Shown here: positions 1 to 11,845 of the stretch, one piece after another | How the letters are laid out: each line of letters starts with the position of its first letter | Position numbering within the stretch: position 1 is the stretch's first letter | DNA from: an uncultured Nitrososphaeraceae archaeon | Lineage (GTDB): Archaea; Thermoproteota; Nitrososphaeria; Nitrososphaerales; Nitrososphaeraceae | Direction of reading: 5' to 3' | Assembly: GCA_963765895.1 (NCBI GenBank) | Contig: CAVXZB010000019.1 | Location: forward strand, 96,001 to 160,000 | DNA length: 64,000 nucleotides | Position numbers and translations under genes: made by a program | The notes under the pieces: model-generated | Told to the model about the DNA's origin: nothing | What the model saw: only the letters and a program-made list of their open reading frames with translations | Databases searched by the model: none

Positions 1-189
1 AAATCTCTTACAATCGCTCTCCCGTAACCTCAGGTTAAGAACCATGGTATAGTTAGCACGCAATTTACTATATCTGGATGTGTTGGTAGAATGCTATCAG
101 CCCTTAGGAATTTTTCCTCCTCTCTAGGCATCGTTTACTCATGATCAGTGGAGATTATGATTCACAACCTGTTACCAGAAAGTAGAATG

Positions 190-534
190 TTATACCTGAT
201 CTTCACCCCTTTTCTTGGATCCAATATCAACTGCGTCTTCTACATCTGATACGAATATTTTACCCTCGCCTGCCAAACCTGTGCTAGTGCTACCGACGAT
301 AGTGTTTACTACATTTTGCAAATCGGAGTCCTTTATTACAATGACTATAGTTGAATTTACGTTGAACTCGGGCACATATGTCGATGTGCCTCTGCTTGAT
401 TGTATCCTGGGCCTTGGCATTTGACCCCTTCCCTTAGATTCGTAGTACGTAATCCCGCCAAGATTCAACTGCCTCAAGGCTGATAACGCCAGGTCTAACC
501 TTGCATGGGGAACAACAGCTTCAATTTTCTTCAT
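190..534 (-). CDS. glnB: P-II family nitrogen regulatory protein
   Basis: 114 aa; MKKIEAVV start, KGRG T-loop entry, GEGKIFVSDVEDAVDI C-terminal P-II signature. Confidence 0.92.
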   Translation of the reverse strand: MKKIEAVVPHARLDLALSALRQLNLGGITYYESKGRGQMPRPRIQSSRGTSTYVPEFNVNSTIVIVIKDSDLQNVVNTIVGSTSTGLAGEGKIFVSDVEDAVDIGSKKRGEDQV

Positions 535-799
535 AATGGTGTATTTTTAACCGGGACTATTATGTAATTCTTTTTGTTGCAGTTCGATTAGTAACTTGAA
601 AACCTGCAGATGTTTTTTCAATGATATTGTGGACTGGACCGTATAAGCTACGCCTTGAATCAATCCTTACATGTCACCGGCGGATATATTTCGAGCTACC
701 GTCAATGATACTATTAATATCATCTAAGCGGATTCTGATAAACCAGTTATTAAACCAGATGATAAAGGATAAAATAACCAACCAATGATGATGAACTGA

Positions 800-1054
800 A
801 TGACAAAAACGTGCCTTAAATGTGGCAAGACTTTCAATGAGAAGGATATTGACGACCCTGCCGCAGACAAATTTCCTTCATGTCCTGAATGCTGGGATGA
901 ATGGAAAAAAAACGCCGTTATGGTAATGAATGAGATGAGGTTGGATATGTCAATGCCGGAACATAGAAAAGCGTTGAGGAAATATGAACGGATGTTTTTT
1001 GGACTAGAAAAACCCGAAGGCGAACTACAAAAGAATCCTGAGCAGAAGCCATAA
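800..1054 (+). CDS. YggX-like Fe(II)-trafficking / oxidative damage protection protein
   Basis: CPECWDEWK...MVMNEMRLDMS..EHRKAL...FFG resembles YggX core; extra N-terminal CxxC. Confidence 0.7.
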   Translation: MTKTCLKCGKTFNEKDIDDPAADKFPSCPECWDEWKKNAVMVMNEMRLDMSMPEHRKALRKYERMFFGLEKPEGELQKNPEQKP

Positions 1055-1080
1055 GCAATAACTCCTGATGGTATCAAAAC

Positions 1081-1539
1081 CTATGTCCTGAGGAATTCCA
1101 AAGCAAATTCTGGAGTCATTGATTTTAGTCTGTCTCTATCATAATGTAAAAGAAGTGCCTCGAAATAGCAGTCGACCAGCAAATGCCTCTGATTAATACT
1201 AAGTCTCTTTAGTGTCTCCATAATTGGTTCAAGATCTACTGATTGCACAAGCTCAGGATTTAACAGAAAGGTTTCGAAATAGATGTAGAATGTATCGACT
1301 ATTATTCTGGCGTCTAGGGTCGAAATGATTTGGAAACACGTAGTTAAAACTGGAATTAAATGGGTACTATGTAGACTTCGATATCCATCCAATACAGAAC
1401 TAATGGTTTCACTTTTTTGCTTGTCAGTCAGCGAGGAAAACTCAGAAATCTTGTTCAGAATAATAGACTTTCTTAAATGCTCTGGAACATTCGATAATAT
1501 TCTAAGTATATCTCCGGATAATGAATGATTAGTTTTCAC
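1081..1539 (-). CDS. hypothetical helical protein
   Basis: 152 aa ORF filling the gap between the YggX-like gene and purA; no recognisable motif. Confidence 0.6.
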   Translation of the reverse strand: MKTNHSLSGDILRILSNVPEHLRKSIILNKISEFSSLTDKQKSETISSVLDGYRSLHSTHLIPVLTTCFQIISTLDARIIVDTFYIYFETFLLNPELVQSVDLEPIMETLKRLSINQRHLLVDCYFEALLLHYDRDRLKSMTPEFALEFLRT

Positions 1540-1629
1540 AAAATGAGAGAAATGATTTCAAAGATATAAAGACGTACCTAATACTGAATTGGATGGCAGA
1601 TTTAAATATAGAAGACAGGCAGCAACTAT

Positions 1630-2641
1630 ATGACATGTACCGTCGTAGTGGGTGGGTTTTACGGCGATGAAGGTAAAGGAAAACTCATCGCATATTTGGC
1701 TCAAAAAGACAAGATATCGGTCGCAGTTAGGGGAGGTGTAGGCCCAAATGCCGGGCACACATTTGCACTAAACGGAATAAAATACAAAGTTAGAATGCTG
1801 CCGAGCGCAGGCTTGAACCTTTCTACCAAGTTGTTTATTGGTCCAGGTGTTCTCGTTGACCCCACTATTCTGCAAACGGAAATCAAGACATTTGATTCTC
1901 AAGATAGAACATTTATTGATAAAAATTGTGCAATAATAGAACAGAAACACATAGAGAAAGATAGTTCCCTAAACCATCTAGCCGAAAAGGTCGGGACAAC
2001 CGGTACCTGGTACTGGTCCGGCAAATGCTGATAGGGCTTTGAGAATAGCTAGAATAGCCAAGGAAATTCCAGAACTCGCAGTCTATCTAGAGGATGTGAG
2101 CGAAGCTATTAACAAGGCTCTAGATAGCAATGAGAATGTTATAGCGGAAGGTACTCAGGGTACATATTTATCGTTGTATTATGGGGACTATCCATACGTA
2201 ACCTCGAAAGACGTGACTGCTTCTGCGATATGTTCAGACGTAGGGATTGGTCCTAAAAGCGTCGATGAAGTAGTGGTAGTTTTTAAATCTTACGTGACCA
2301 GAGTAGGTCAAGGACCACTCAACAATGAGTTAACTTCAGAACAGACAGGAATTAGAGGTTGGCAAGAGTTTGGGAGCGTAACAGGGAGGCAGAGGAGAGC
2401 TGCTCCGTTTGATTTGAACCTTGCGAAAAAGGCAATCCAATTGAATAGTGCAACTCAACTGGCAGTAACAAAACTCGATATCCTTTTTCCGGAATGTGCC
2501 GGAATGAGGGACTATACAAAACTGCCAGATAAAGCCAAGCAATTCATAGAAAACATTGAGAATGAAACTAGAAAACCGATTACAATGATTGGTACTGGCG
2601 AGGATCTGACTGAGGTGATCGACAGAAGACTTCATAATTGA
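1630..2641 (+). CDS. purA: adenylosuccinate synthetase (split by +1 frameshift near 2006, probably a sequencing error)
   Basis: GDEGKGK, GPNAGHT in ORF 1630-2031; EGTQG, YPYVTS, YVTRVG, TGRQRR, TKLD in ORF 2039-2641; removing one base restores GTGTGPANAD. Confidence 0.95.
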
Positions 2642-3047
2642 TTGTAAATATGTCTATATGAAAAGATCGCATCCCTGGAACTTTGTACAAAACTTCTATC
2701 TTAAGTTACAAGATATAGTAAATCTATTTGTTGATACTTATCCACGACTGGCCACTTCTCAGTTTCTGTAAGTCAGACTATAACGAATTGATCGTCGATA
2801 ATGGGTTAATGTTATTTGTGCCTCGAAAGGCGACCGGCTCAGATTTGACAACTAATAATTTGTTTGCATTGCAGGATGGTAGTCAGATATTTATTGAAAT
2901 TTAGATCGTTTGACTAGAGTTGAAATCCACAACTCCAACAGCTTAAGGCAAGTACAGGTCGACGGGGGATAAAAGCAGTTGATGTTAGAATTGCAAAGCT
3001 TATAATCAAAGGACATTAATACTGTCACAATTAAAAATAATAGATGA

Positions 3048-3731
3048 TTGCGTACTAAATTACCTTATTACATAGAATTGTCAGATCTAAATGATTTCGG
3101 GAGGTTAGCTTGCGCTTTAGAACATGTTCCGTTAGTGTCTTTATCGCTAAATTTGATTAACGAACAGGTACTCGCAGTGGAAGGTGATTTCATGCTCGGA
3201 CGACCTATATTGTTCTACGTAAAAAATAGAAAAAATCAGAGCGGTGAATATTTAGCATATCGGGTTAGTGGCGGACAGGAAGAAGTTGCTATAGTTGATT
3301 ACGTAAGTAGCCCGACATTTAGTTACTCGCCTATAATAAACATCAATACGTTTCCATTCTCCATTACTCGAAAGGCTAGGACAAGACCCAGAACTGGATA
3401 CAAAGGAATCAGACTAAAGGATCTGACGAGTCTATTTAAGGTCTGTGCATACAAATCTTATGACGAGCCGCCGATCCCTCTCTTCCTTTTTGAAGACGAC
3501 AAAACTAAGAAGGTTGTTATTGGAGCTGCGGCTACCTTAGGCGAGTCTGACGATTTCTATTGTTTCTATTATGTTCAACTTGACAGCGTTCCTTCTAGTC
3601 CCTTCATAAGATATTCCAGTCAAAAGGCAGAACAACCCTCTTTTTCGAATAAGCTGGACGACCATGGTTGTACTTACTTGAAAGTTATCAAACTAGCGTC
3701 AAGCCATCCTTTAGTGAATCTAGATGAGTAA
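3048..3731 (+). CDS. conserved hypothetical protein
   Basis: 227 aa ORF overlapping the pyrF start, consistent with an operon. Confidence 0.7.
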   Translation: MRTKLPYYIELSDLNDFGRLACALEHVPLVSLSLNLINEQVLAVEGDFMLGRPILFYVKNRKNQSGEYLAYRVSGGQEEVAIVDYVSSPTFSYSPIININTFPFSITRKARTRPRTGYKGIRLKDLTSLFKVCAYKSYDEPPIPLFLFEDDKTKKVVIGAAATLGESDDFYCFYYVQLDSVPSSPFIRYSSQKAEQPSFSNKLDDHGCTYLKVIKLASSHPLVNLDE

Positions 3732-4482
3732 TGGAATCTCCTACCGAAAGAGGATCGAATATTGTTCAAAACGCAAGAACAGCAGAATTGTGCTTGCATT
3801 AGATCCAATATGTAGTAACGATGTTTTAAAATACCTCAATGAAAAGATAGTTCTGCTTCAAGAAGAAATTTGTGCGGTCAAGTTCAATTTCCATGTCATT
3901 TTACCACTTTCGCTTCAAGAATTGTCGAATATAAACAGCACTGTTCATTCTTACGGCCTGCAGTCAATTGCTGATATAAAACTAAATGATATCTCCTCTA
4001 CGAATGCTGTTGTAATAAATCATCTTGCAAATATGGATTTTGATGCGGTCATTGTTAACCCGATCATTGGGATGGACGAATTAAGCCAGGTCATAGAATC
4101 CTCACATCATTATAACCTAGGGGTCATTACCGTTATATATATGAGCCATGCCGGCGCAAGAGAAGGTTTCGGTCTTAACGTTGTCGATGATTCTTGGATC
4201 TCAAATCCGTTGTATCAAAGACTATTACAATACTCCGAATGTTGTGACGTCGATGGAATTATAGTGGGAGGAACAAAGGTAGACATCATAAATAGGATAT
4301 CCAGTGAAAAAAAGTTGCCTATTTACTCTCCTGGTCTAGGAATTCAAGGCGGGGATCCAAAAACAGCAGCGAAAGCAGGAACGGATTATTTCATAATTGG
4401 AAGATCGATAATTCAGTCAAAAGACTCGCTAAAAGCTGCCAGGCTGTTGAGGAAACAGATAAATTCGCTCAAAGAAGGTTAA
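3724..4482 (+). CDS. pyrF: orotidine-5'-phosphate decarboxylase
   Basis: LALD, DIKLNDISST (DxKxxDI), SPGLGIQGGD, IIGRSI motifs. Confidence 0.93.
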   Translation: MSNGISYRKRIEYCSKRKNSRIVLALDPICSNDVLKYLNEKIVLLQEEICAVKFNFHVILPLSLQELSNINSTVHSYGLQSIADIKLNDISSTNAVVINHLANMDFDAVIVNPIIGMDELSQVIESSHHYNLGVITVIYMSHAGAREGFGLNVVDDSWISNPLYQRLLQYSECCDVDGIIVGGTKVDIINRISSEKKLPIYSPGLGIQGGDPKTAAKAGTDYFIIGRSIIQSKDSLKAARLLRKQINSLKEG

Positions 4483-4714
4483 TTATAGCTTTTTGTTTTT
4501 GGTGGGTAATCTATACCCCTTTAAAGTACCTTGTAAGCGCAAAACCAGAGTACAATGAATGGAATATCCAAGGATTGGTACGGGCTTAATAACTAGACGA
4601 GCATGAGCCTTCAAATCAGAATGAATCTGGTAGCATGATAGAACATTGATTTTTGACAACTTGCTCTTCCCACGTAAGCCACCTAATTTCGTCTCTGGAG
4701 AATGGCAATACTAT

Positions 4715-5524
4715 TTATCTTCCATGCTTTCGAATTCTATGCTGATATGTCCTGATTGCTCTCATCAGATCTATTTTTCGAAATTCGGGCCAGAAAACAT
4801 CCATAAATACCAATTCGCTATACGCACTCTGCCAGATTAGGAACCCGCTGAGCCTCTTTTCTCCAGAGGTGCGCAAAATCAGATCAGGCTCCGGTTGCGG
4901 CAAGTGCGAGGTATACAAAAATGATTCTATTAGTTTCTCGTCAATTTTTTCTATATCCAGCTTTTCGCATTTGGCCATAAGGGCAATCTTCTTTATTGCC
5001 TCGACTATCTCTTTTTGCCCGCCGTATGCTATAGCAATATTTAAAAACATAGATTTGTATTCTGCGGTCACATTCTCCAGTTTGCAAAGTATTTCTTGTA
5101 GACCAATAGGGAGTATCGCGAGATTTCCAATCGCCTTTATTCTCATCTGCAACCGGTGAATTCTAGAATCTTCATATAGCTTCTCCAATTTTGTTTGCAA
5201 AAGCCTATAAATATTGTCAACTTCGTTTTCATCTCGATCGAGATTTTCGGTAGACAGTACATATAGTGTTGTAATTCTAATTTTTAGCTCATGAATCCAG
5301 TTTAATAACTCCTCAGCCTTGTCAGCACCTGCGAAATGACCAGTAGATTCTCGTGTGAGATTTGTTTTAGCCCATCTTCTGTTACCGTCTAAGATAATAG
5401 CGATATGATTAGGAAGTGGATACTTGGTAATTTCGGATTCCAAATGTCTTTCATATAGAATATAAAGGCCACTACGTTTGAATATGACATCAGCTATGGC
5501 TTTTTTATTAGTAAAGGCTGGCAT
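4715..5524 (-). CDS. uppS: cis-prenyltransferase (undecaprenyl/polyprenyl diphosphate synthase)
   Basis: HIAIILDGNRRWA, STENL.R, YGG, PDLILRTSGEKRLSGFLIWQSAYSEL. Confidence 0.95.
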   Translation of the reverse strand: MPAFTNKKAIADVIFKRSGLYILYERHLESEITKYPLPNHIAIILDGNRRWAKTNLTRESTGHFAGADKAEELLNWIHELKIRITTLYVLSTENLDRDENEVDNIYRLLQTKLEKLYEDSRIHRLQMRIKAIGNLAILPIGLQEILCKLENVTAEYKSMFLNIAIAYGGQKEIVEAIKKIALMAKCEKLDIEKIDEKLIESFLYTSHLPQPEPDLILRTSGEKRLSGFLIWQSAYSELVFMDVFWPEFRKIDLMRAIRTYQHRIRKHGR

Positions 5525-5605
5525 GTCCCTCTAAACTCTTTTCATAATAAGAATACGCTGATTTTCCACAACCTTAGCTGAATTTGCTTGCAATATGTAT
5601 TTCTA

Positions 5606-6782
5606 TCAATGTTTGAGTGCCTCACCACCCTTTCTGTTTCTAAAATATTGAAACAAGAAAGTGGCAGCTATTAGAGTTATTGCGAGTCCGATCAAAAGCG
5701 ATGAAATTAACGAAAATGGATTGGTTCGTTCTATCAAAACTGAAGTAAACTGCAAAATGGGGATGTACAATAATGCCAAGACGACTAATCTGAGAATATC
5801 TGACATTGTGGTAATACTTCCCTTGAACCAGTTACTTAGCAGGGAACCGGCCAGTATTGTGGCTAATCCTATCCAGAGCAAGGTAATCGTTCCATGGATA
5901 AAACTTCCAATGATTATTCTATTTGTGATGATACTTACTATACTAGGATGTTGTGAGATGAGATCGACAGGGACATTAGACAGTCCATTTACAATTGAAA
6001 CTACAATAATAAGTACACCTGCGAAAGCCGAAAAGATTCTAATAAATCCGGAAGGAGTTGGTCTTCCTAAGGAGCTTAATGCCTTATCTAGGTCAAAGGC
6101 CCTAATAATGAAAGCAATACCCAGGATGCTTAAAACCAAAGCAACTGCTTCTCTGGTTAATCCAAAAAGAGTAGAGACTCCTGCTACAACGAGAAGGGCT
6201 CCTGGTACTCCTAGGAAGAACTTTGAGTATCGCGGATCATATACAAGCATCTTGATATATCTGCCAAGAATAGCGTAAGAGTATTCTACGCTGCTGGCTG
6301 TGTCGAATAATGACGCGTTGCACTGAAATTATAGGTAATATCGTATGAATTACTGGTATTATTGTCTCATCGTCTTCTCCATCTGATACTATTACCGCTC
6401 CATCTGCTGCATAGATGTCCAGGATAGATTGTATTTCAAAACCTATTTTCTCATCTGCTGCAATTCCACGGTCCATTTTACCGGCGACCAGAGCTACCTC
6501 AGCATCATAGCCCTTTGCAAGCAGATCCTGATGTATTTTTATTGCTCCAAATATGGCATTGGCATCTGCATCCTCGGGGTCTTCTAGAGCCAAACTGATA
6601 CCAGCCTTTATGCATTGTTCTTTTCCTATAATTGGAGTTGCCACTCCGCCCTTTGAACCAATATCATCATCGCGATCTATACACAGAACGAGAATCCTGT
6701 TATTAATAAGAGGAGACTTTGAGAGTACATCTCGACCAGGATCCATTTTCAGATGATCACCTGACTTGTACGTTCTTGACAT
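5606..6782 (-). CDS. DUF373 family membrane protein (+1 frameshift near 6295)
   Basis: LVLCIDRDDDIG, DPEDADANAIF, VSDGEDDE N-terminal domain followed by multi-TM ORF 5606-6250. Confidence 0.85.
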
Positions 6783-7018
6783 TGTCTATGGCGTACATTC
6801 TCAGAGTACTCTACCAATTAATTAATTGATCTCAAAATATAAAGGTAAGATTTTACTGCCACTATAACTGGTAAACTAATTGACCATATAATATTAAATG
6901 TGCATGACCTAATAATTCAAGTATGATTCTACGAAATATTTTATAAAGTGTATCTATCAGCAACCATAAATAAGATTTATTCAAATAAATAGGTAAGCAC
7001 GAATGGAGTCCTCTAATT

Positions 7019-7354
7019 TTGTTCGAGCGAAGTGATGCTTGGGACAGTAAGTTTGCACTCAGAACAATAAAATATCAAAGCTCGTTTATCTCAAACATAT
7101 GTGACTATGAATTAGTAGGTAAAGAGGTCAGGAATGGAGATCATATCATATCTATATCGCGTGAGTATTTCCTAGAAGAGCTTATAGGTCACTCGGAAGC
7201 TAGGAATATTCTCCAGGCATCATCGATGTTGAACCTGGTAGGCAATCGGATAATAAAGCTGGCTATTGAGATGAGGTTAGCCAATGAGACGACGGTCAGA
7301 AATATTCAAGGAATACCCTTTTTAATGATATTCAAATTCAGGCATTTTGACTAG
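7019..7354 (+). CDS. DUF424 family protein
   Basis: ICDYELVGK...ISREYF...NLVGNRII..AI pattern. Confidence 0.75.
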   Translation: MFERSDAWDSKFALRTIKYQSSFISNICDYELVGKEVRNGDHIISISREYFLEELIGHSEARNILQASSMLNLVGNRIIKLAIEMRLANETTVRNIQGIPFLMIFKFRHFD

Positions 7355-7495
7355 AGCTTTCTCCGCCTGTACCTAATAACTGCTTTATAAGAATTTTTAA
7401 AAAGCTAATATACATATATGCGGTCTTGGGTATCGAAATGGAGATCTTGGAACCTTGTACATTTCTGTTTATTATATGGAGGATAGAGCGTAGAA

Positions 7496-8095
7496 GTGAG
7501 CTTTCAGCAAGTAGTAAAAGTACCTGATGATCGAGTTGGTGTTATAATTGGCAAAGATGGAAGGGTAAAAGATGAAATAGAGCATAAATGCAAGGTTTTG
7601 ATTCAGATCGATAGTGAAGGTGGTAACGCGATAATTTCGCCTCGTGATTCCACCTCTATAGAACAAGCTTTTAAGGCTGTGGAGATAGTCTCTGCAATTT
7701 CGAGAGGATTCTCACCAGAACGGTCTTATAGATTGTTAGCAGAAGATGTTATCCTTCAAATTGTCGATCTAACTGAATATCTAGGTCGGTCACATAATCA
7801 AATTGCAAGGTTAAAGGGAAGGATAATAGGACAGGGTGGAAAATCACGGAAGACAATCGAGGATTTAACTGGGACAAACATTTCAATTTATGGACATACT
7901 GTCGGAATAATAGGCACTTTCGAAGATATCAAACCGGCATCAGATGCCATACTTCAGCTTATAAAGGGAAGCTCACACAAAACTGTTTATAATTCCCTTC
8001 AGGATAAAAGGAGACAAGCCAAAATTGACAAATTACATCTGTGGGAAGATGAGGGTTTAAAACGTGGGAAAGACTACCCACCAGGAACGGACTGA
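7496..8095 (+). CDS. KH-domain pre-rRNA processing protein (Dim2/Pno1/Krr1 family)
   Basis: RVGVIIGKDG and RLKGRIIGQGGKSR KH GxxG loops, RGFSPE, G..HKTVY. Confidence 0.9.
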   Translation: MSFQQVVKVPDDRVGVIIGKDGRVKDEIEHKCKVLIQIDSEGGNAIISPRDSTSIEQAFKAVEIVSAISRGFSPERSYRLLAEDVILQIVDLTEYLGRSHNQIARLKGRIIGQGGKSRKTIEDLTGTNISIYGHTVGIIGTFEDIKPASDAILQLIKGSSHKTVYNSLQDKRRQAKIDKLHLWEDEGLKRGKDYPPGTD

Positions 8096-8477
8096 ATTCA
8101 AATATGAATTACGACTATTTCTTCGCAATATGCCCATGATTATTAGTGGATCATCATATTGCCACATTTATAATTGATTGTGGACGGATAGAATATTCTT
8201 TAAATAGTCTTTAGTTATTTTATTCCCTACATTGCTTTTAGTTTAGTGCAGTAATTCAGTTTAGGCTTATATACACATGGAAATACGAAATTCAGGAAAG
8301 GCATGCTACAATTATCTATGTTATGAGGCTACAATTACGAAACCATAGGCTAGGAAGTTAATTTGTGATATAACCACTAAATCAGACCAGGTTTAGAAAT
8401 TAAACGTCGCCTGACTACACCAGAGCTCTATTAAGAGCCCACCCAGAAGCGATACATAATCTTCCTGGCAAGGAAGA

Positions 8478-9035
8478 TTATTCACCAGACCATCGTTGGT
8501 ATAAATCATGGGCAATGGAGAACTGATCCAAGACTTTTCCCACAATATGGGCTATCATATCATCAATTGTCTTGGGTCTTTGATAAAATCCAGGTGCAGC
8601 AGGCAAGATTGTGACTCCAGCATCGACCAGGGTTCTCATATTTTCGATATGAATTTTGGAAAGGGGTGTCTCTCTTGGAACGAGTACCAGTTTTCGTGAT
8701 TCCTTAATGCAAACACTTGCTGCTCGAGAAATTAGGCCGTCGTCATAACCATTGGCAATACTAGACAATGTCTTCATACTGCAGGGAACTATTCCCATGC
8801 CATCGGTCTTGAACGACCCGCTTGAAATTGAGGCTGCCATATTTTTACTATCATACCACACACTTGCCAATCCCCTCACATAGCTGACACTTTTTTCAGT
8901 CTCTATTTCGATGTTTTTCTCACCCCATTCGCTCATTACCAGATGAGTTTCGACCTTCAAGGCCCTAAGATATTCTAACATTTTTATACCGTAAATTACT
9001 CCAGAACTTCCCGTTATCGCGACTATTAATCTCAT
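8478..9035 (-). CDS. ubiX: flavin prenyltransferase
   Basis: VAITGSSG, SSGSF, PCSMKTL, LVPRETP, PGFY. Confidence 0.95.
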   Translation of the reverse strand: MRLIVAITGSSGVIYGIKMLEYLRALKVETHLVMSEWGEKNIEIETEKSVSYVRGLASVWYDSKNMAASISSGSFKTDGMGIVPCSMKTLSSIANGYDDGLISRAASVCIKESRKLVLVPRETPLSKIHIENMRTLVDAGVTILPAAPGFYQRPKTIDDMIAHIVGKVLDQFSIAHDLYQRWSGE

Positions 9036-9111
9036 AGGATAAATGACAAATTTACTAAAGAATATATATAACTGCCCATACCAAAATTTTCTTTAAAGAT
9101 ACGGATATCCA

Positions 9112-10006
9112 GTGTTAAGTGTATTTGGAAGTGTTGCATTAGATACTACTAGAACCCCGTTTGACACTCAGACAAGGATCTTAGGAGGAGCGGCGACCTA
9201 TGCATCCTTGTCGGCTTGTCACTTTGTTAAGACATCTCTTATAGGGATCGTAGGTTCAGATTTTCCTTCAGAATATAGATCCATTCTTCAAACGAAATTG
9301 GACATGCGCGGACTAGTAACTAGGAAAGGCAGTACATTTCATTACGATTCCTCCTTCGACTATGATCTGTCTCATAGAACGACCAACAAGACCGAATTAA
9401 ATGTCGCAGCTAATTTTGACCCGGTCTTACCTTCGGATTATCCTAATCCTAATCACCTTTACCTTGGTAATAATGACCCCGTGCAAAATGTCCGACTGCT
9501 TTCTAACTTTTTGTCACCTAAGATGACAATGTGTGATACAATGGAGGTACTGGATTCGAAATAGACGGGAGCAGGTAATCGATATGATGAGTAGAGTGAA
9601 TGGGGTGGTAATTAACGATGAAGAAGCAAGATTACTTTGCGGATCAGCCAATCTTATCAAATGTGCGAGAATAATTTTGTCTTACGGCACAGAATTTGTG
9701 ATCATTAAGAAGGGTGAACACGGGTCGCTTTTTTTAAAAGATAATGTCATATTTCCAACACCTGGCTATCCTTTAGAAGAAGTAGTAGATCCAACCGGTG
9801 CTGGAGATTCATTTGCGGGCGGCTTCTTAGGACATATAGCTGCAAACAGCATTGTAGATTCTGATGTTATGCGAGAGGCCGTCGTTTATGGCAATGTTAT
9901 GGGCTCTTTTGCTGTGGAAGATTTTGGTGTAAGGAGGCTTCTAAGCATTACTAGGGAAGATATTGATTTGAGATACAAAAAATATGTTGATCTGGTGAGG
10001 TTTTGA
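9112..10006 (+). CDS. PfkB-family sugar/nucleoside kinase (+1 frameshift at ~9546)
   Basis: GSVALD, GGAATY in the first ORF; NDEEA, KKGEHG, DPTGAGDSFAGG in the second. Confidence 0.9.
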
Positions 10007-10134
10007 CATATAGGGTATTTTTAATGTCCTCTATATTTGTCTACCACCACGGTAGACTCAAACCAACATTGACAGTCCTTGATACGGATTTTTCTCTCTT
10101 ATTTCAATAGCCAAATTAGGAGGTCGGGGTATAT

Positions 10135-10797
10135 TTGAATATTTTGAACCGTAGGTTTTATGCTCGGCCAACTCAAGACGTAGCTAAGGAATTGATAGGA
10201 AAAAAATTACTACGCCTGCTTGGCGGAAGTTCGCCACATATAGTAAGTGGTATTATTGTTGAGACCGAGGCATATGGATCTACAGACGATGAAGCCAGTC
10301 ATGCGTTTAATGGTATTAGCGTAAGAAATTCGATGATGTTTGAAGACGTTGGAAGATCCTATGTATATCTTTCATATGGTACCCATTTTTGTTTCAATAT
10401 TACAGCCCACTCGACAAATGAATCTGCCGGAGCTGTACTTATCAGAGCTATTCAACCATTAGAAGGGTTATCGATAATGAAGAGATTTCGCGCTATCGAT
10501 GATCCGTTCCTAATTGCTAGTGGCCCAGGAAGGCTGACACAAGCCCTAGATATTAAAAAAAATGACAATGGTGTAGACGTAACAGTTCCAAATTCAATTA
10601 TTGTCGAAAATGGAATTGTACCACCAGCAATTCTTGTCTCGTCAAGGATAGGTATCAGCAAGGCAACGAATAAGCAATGGAGGTACGTCTTTGCGCATTG
10701 GGATCATCATGCAGATTTACCTTTATCTAGTCGATATGCCTCAAGATCGAGGCAAACTTATACCGCCGTCTATCGAATATGTGGTACTAACAGTTAA
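10135..10797 (+). CDS. mpg: DNA-3-methyladenine glycosylase (MPG/AAG family)
   Basis: IVETEAY, ASHA, YVY.SYG.HFC, AVLIRA, GPGRL, RIGIS. Confidence 0.92.
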   Translation: MNILNRRFYARPTQDVAKELIGKKLLRLLGGSSPHIVSGIIVETEAYGSTDDEASHAFNGISVRNSMMFEDVGRSYVYLSYGTHFCFNITAHSTNESAGAVLIRAIQPLEGLSIMKRFRAIDDPFLIASGPGRLTQALDIKKNDNGVDVTVPNSIIVENGIVPPAILVSSRIGISKATNKQWRYVFAHWDHHADLPLSSRYASRSRQTYTAVYRICGTNS

Positions 10798-10931
10798 TCT
10801 TTCTTAGAACCAAAAAGTATTCATAAAAATTACTAATTGTAAACTACCTATGGACCGTAGCGCGATTGAGTGTGACTGTGAATTATGCTTGATACCCTTA
10901 CAATTTTAAATCAAACGATGTAATATTAGCG

Positions 10932-11582
10932 TTGGCCATGCAAAAGCTTTTCTTCATATATGTATCCAAACACGATGAATGGCAAGAAAGAGAGAAAACC
11001 GATTGGGATTATGTCTATTCGATGGCAAGATTCTATCATTGGTGGATAAAACGAATATTTAATATAGATTTTAATCTCCAGGCAGATATATTACCAGTTG
11101 TACCTGGCAAGCTCTTCGATAGGATGTCTGTTGCATATCTTATGCGAGATCATAAGGAAAGAGGTAATAAGATATATCATTTTTATCTAGCTTACTTCAA
11201 GCCTTTTTGGACTGATTGTGGGACAGAAGGCTACAGTGCAGATAACTTTGGCATGGTAGAATGGAAGAGACCAGATCAAACATGCGTAGATTCAATGAGA
11301 TCCAAATATTTTGCTGATGTCAACTGTCCGAAAGTTTCGCATTTAATCACTCATGAGGTCTTGAGGAACAAAGGAAATAAAAGAAAAGAATATTTTGATG
11401 CAGTTCACGATTTATGGAATCGGCATGTACATGATGGACTGCCGTACCTTTATTATAACGAACGCTTCTCTGAAGTTTCAAAAAGTAGCTCTTACAGATA
11501 CGTTACGTTGGATATCAAGGCAGCTAAGGTCTATACTATAAACAGGGAAGCTGGACTTAAGAAGGTAAAATTTTGTACTTAG
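10932..11582 (+). CDS. conserved hypothetical protein
   Basis: 216 aa aromatic-rich ORF with an upstream TATA-like element; no function recognised. Confidence 0.7.
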   Translation: MAMQKLFFIYVSKHDEWQEREKTDWDYVYSMARFYHWWIKRIFNIDFNLQADILPVVPGKLFDRMSVAYLMRDHKERGNKIYHFYLAYFKPFWTDCGTEGYSADNFGMVEWKRPDQTCVDSMRSKYFADVNCPKVSHLITHEVLRNKGNKRKEYFDAVHDLWNRHVHDGLPYLYYNERFSEVSKSSSYRYVTLDIKAAKVYTINREAGLKKVKFCT

Positions 11583-11845
11583 GAGTAATCATCAAGATAG
11601 GTGCGATATTCTCCGTCGTAGGCATTTGCTTATTTGTTATCCTAATAGCCTTACTCCTTGTCTTCCCGGTGATAAAGCAATGTGTTCCAGCAACCAAATG
11701 CACATACTCATCGACTGCACCTGAGCCTTTTTTGTTACTTATAAACCCTGGTTATGCATGCGTTTCCCTAACATGTATTGCTACCGGGGTTTTGATGTTC
11801 AGGGTGGGTATATATTACAAAAATAGAAGGAAAGGAACCACATAG
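11573..11845 (+). CDS. small two-TM membrane protein, Cys-rich
   Basis: 90 aa, two hydrophobic stretches and a basic C-tail. Confidence 0.45.
   Translation: MYLGVIIKIGAIFSVVGICLFVILIALLLVFPVIKQCVPATKCTYSSTAPEPFLLLINPGYACVSLTCIATGVLMFRVGIYYKNRRKGTT

Noticed and set aside
5661-6278. 205-aa plus-strand ORF and similar long shadow ORFs (e.g. 724-1077, 14275-14670, 30259-30672, 40617-41054)
   Set aside because: Antisense to well-supported genes
10932-11582. HLITHE as a zincin metalloprotease motif
   Set aside because: Sequence is HEVLR, not HExxH; insufficient for a protease call
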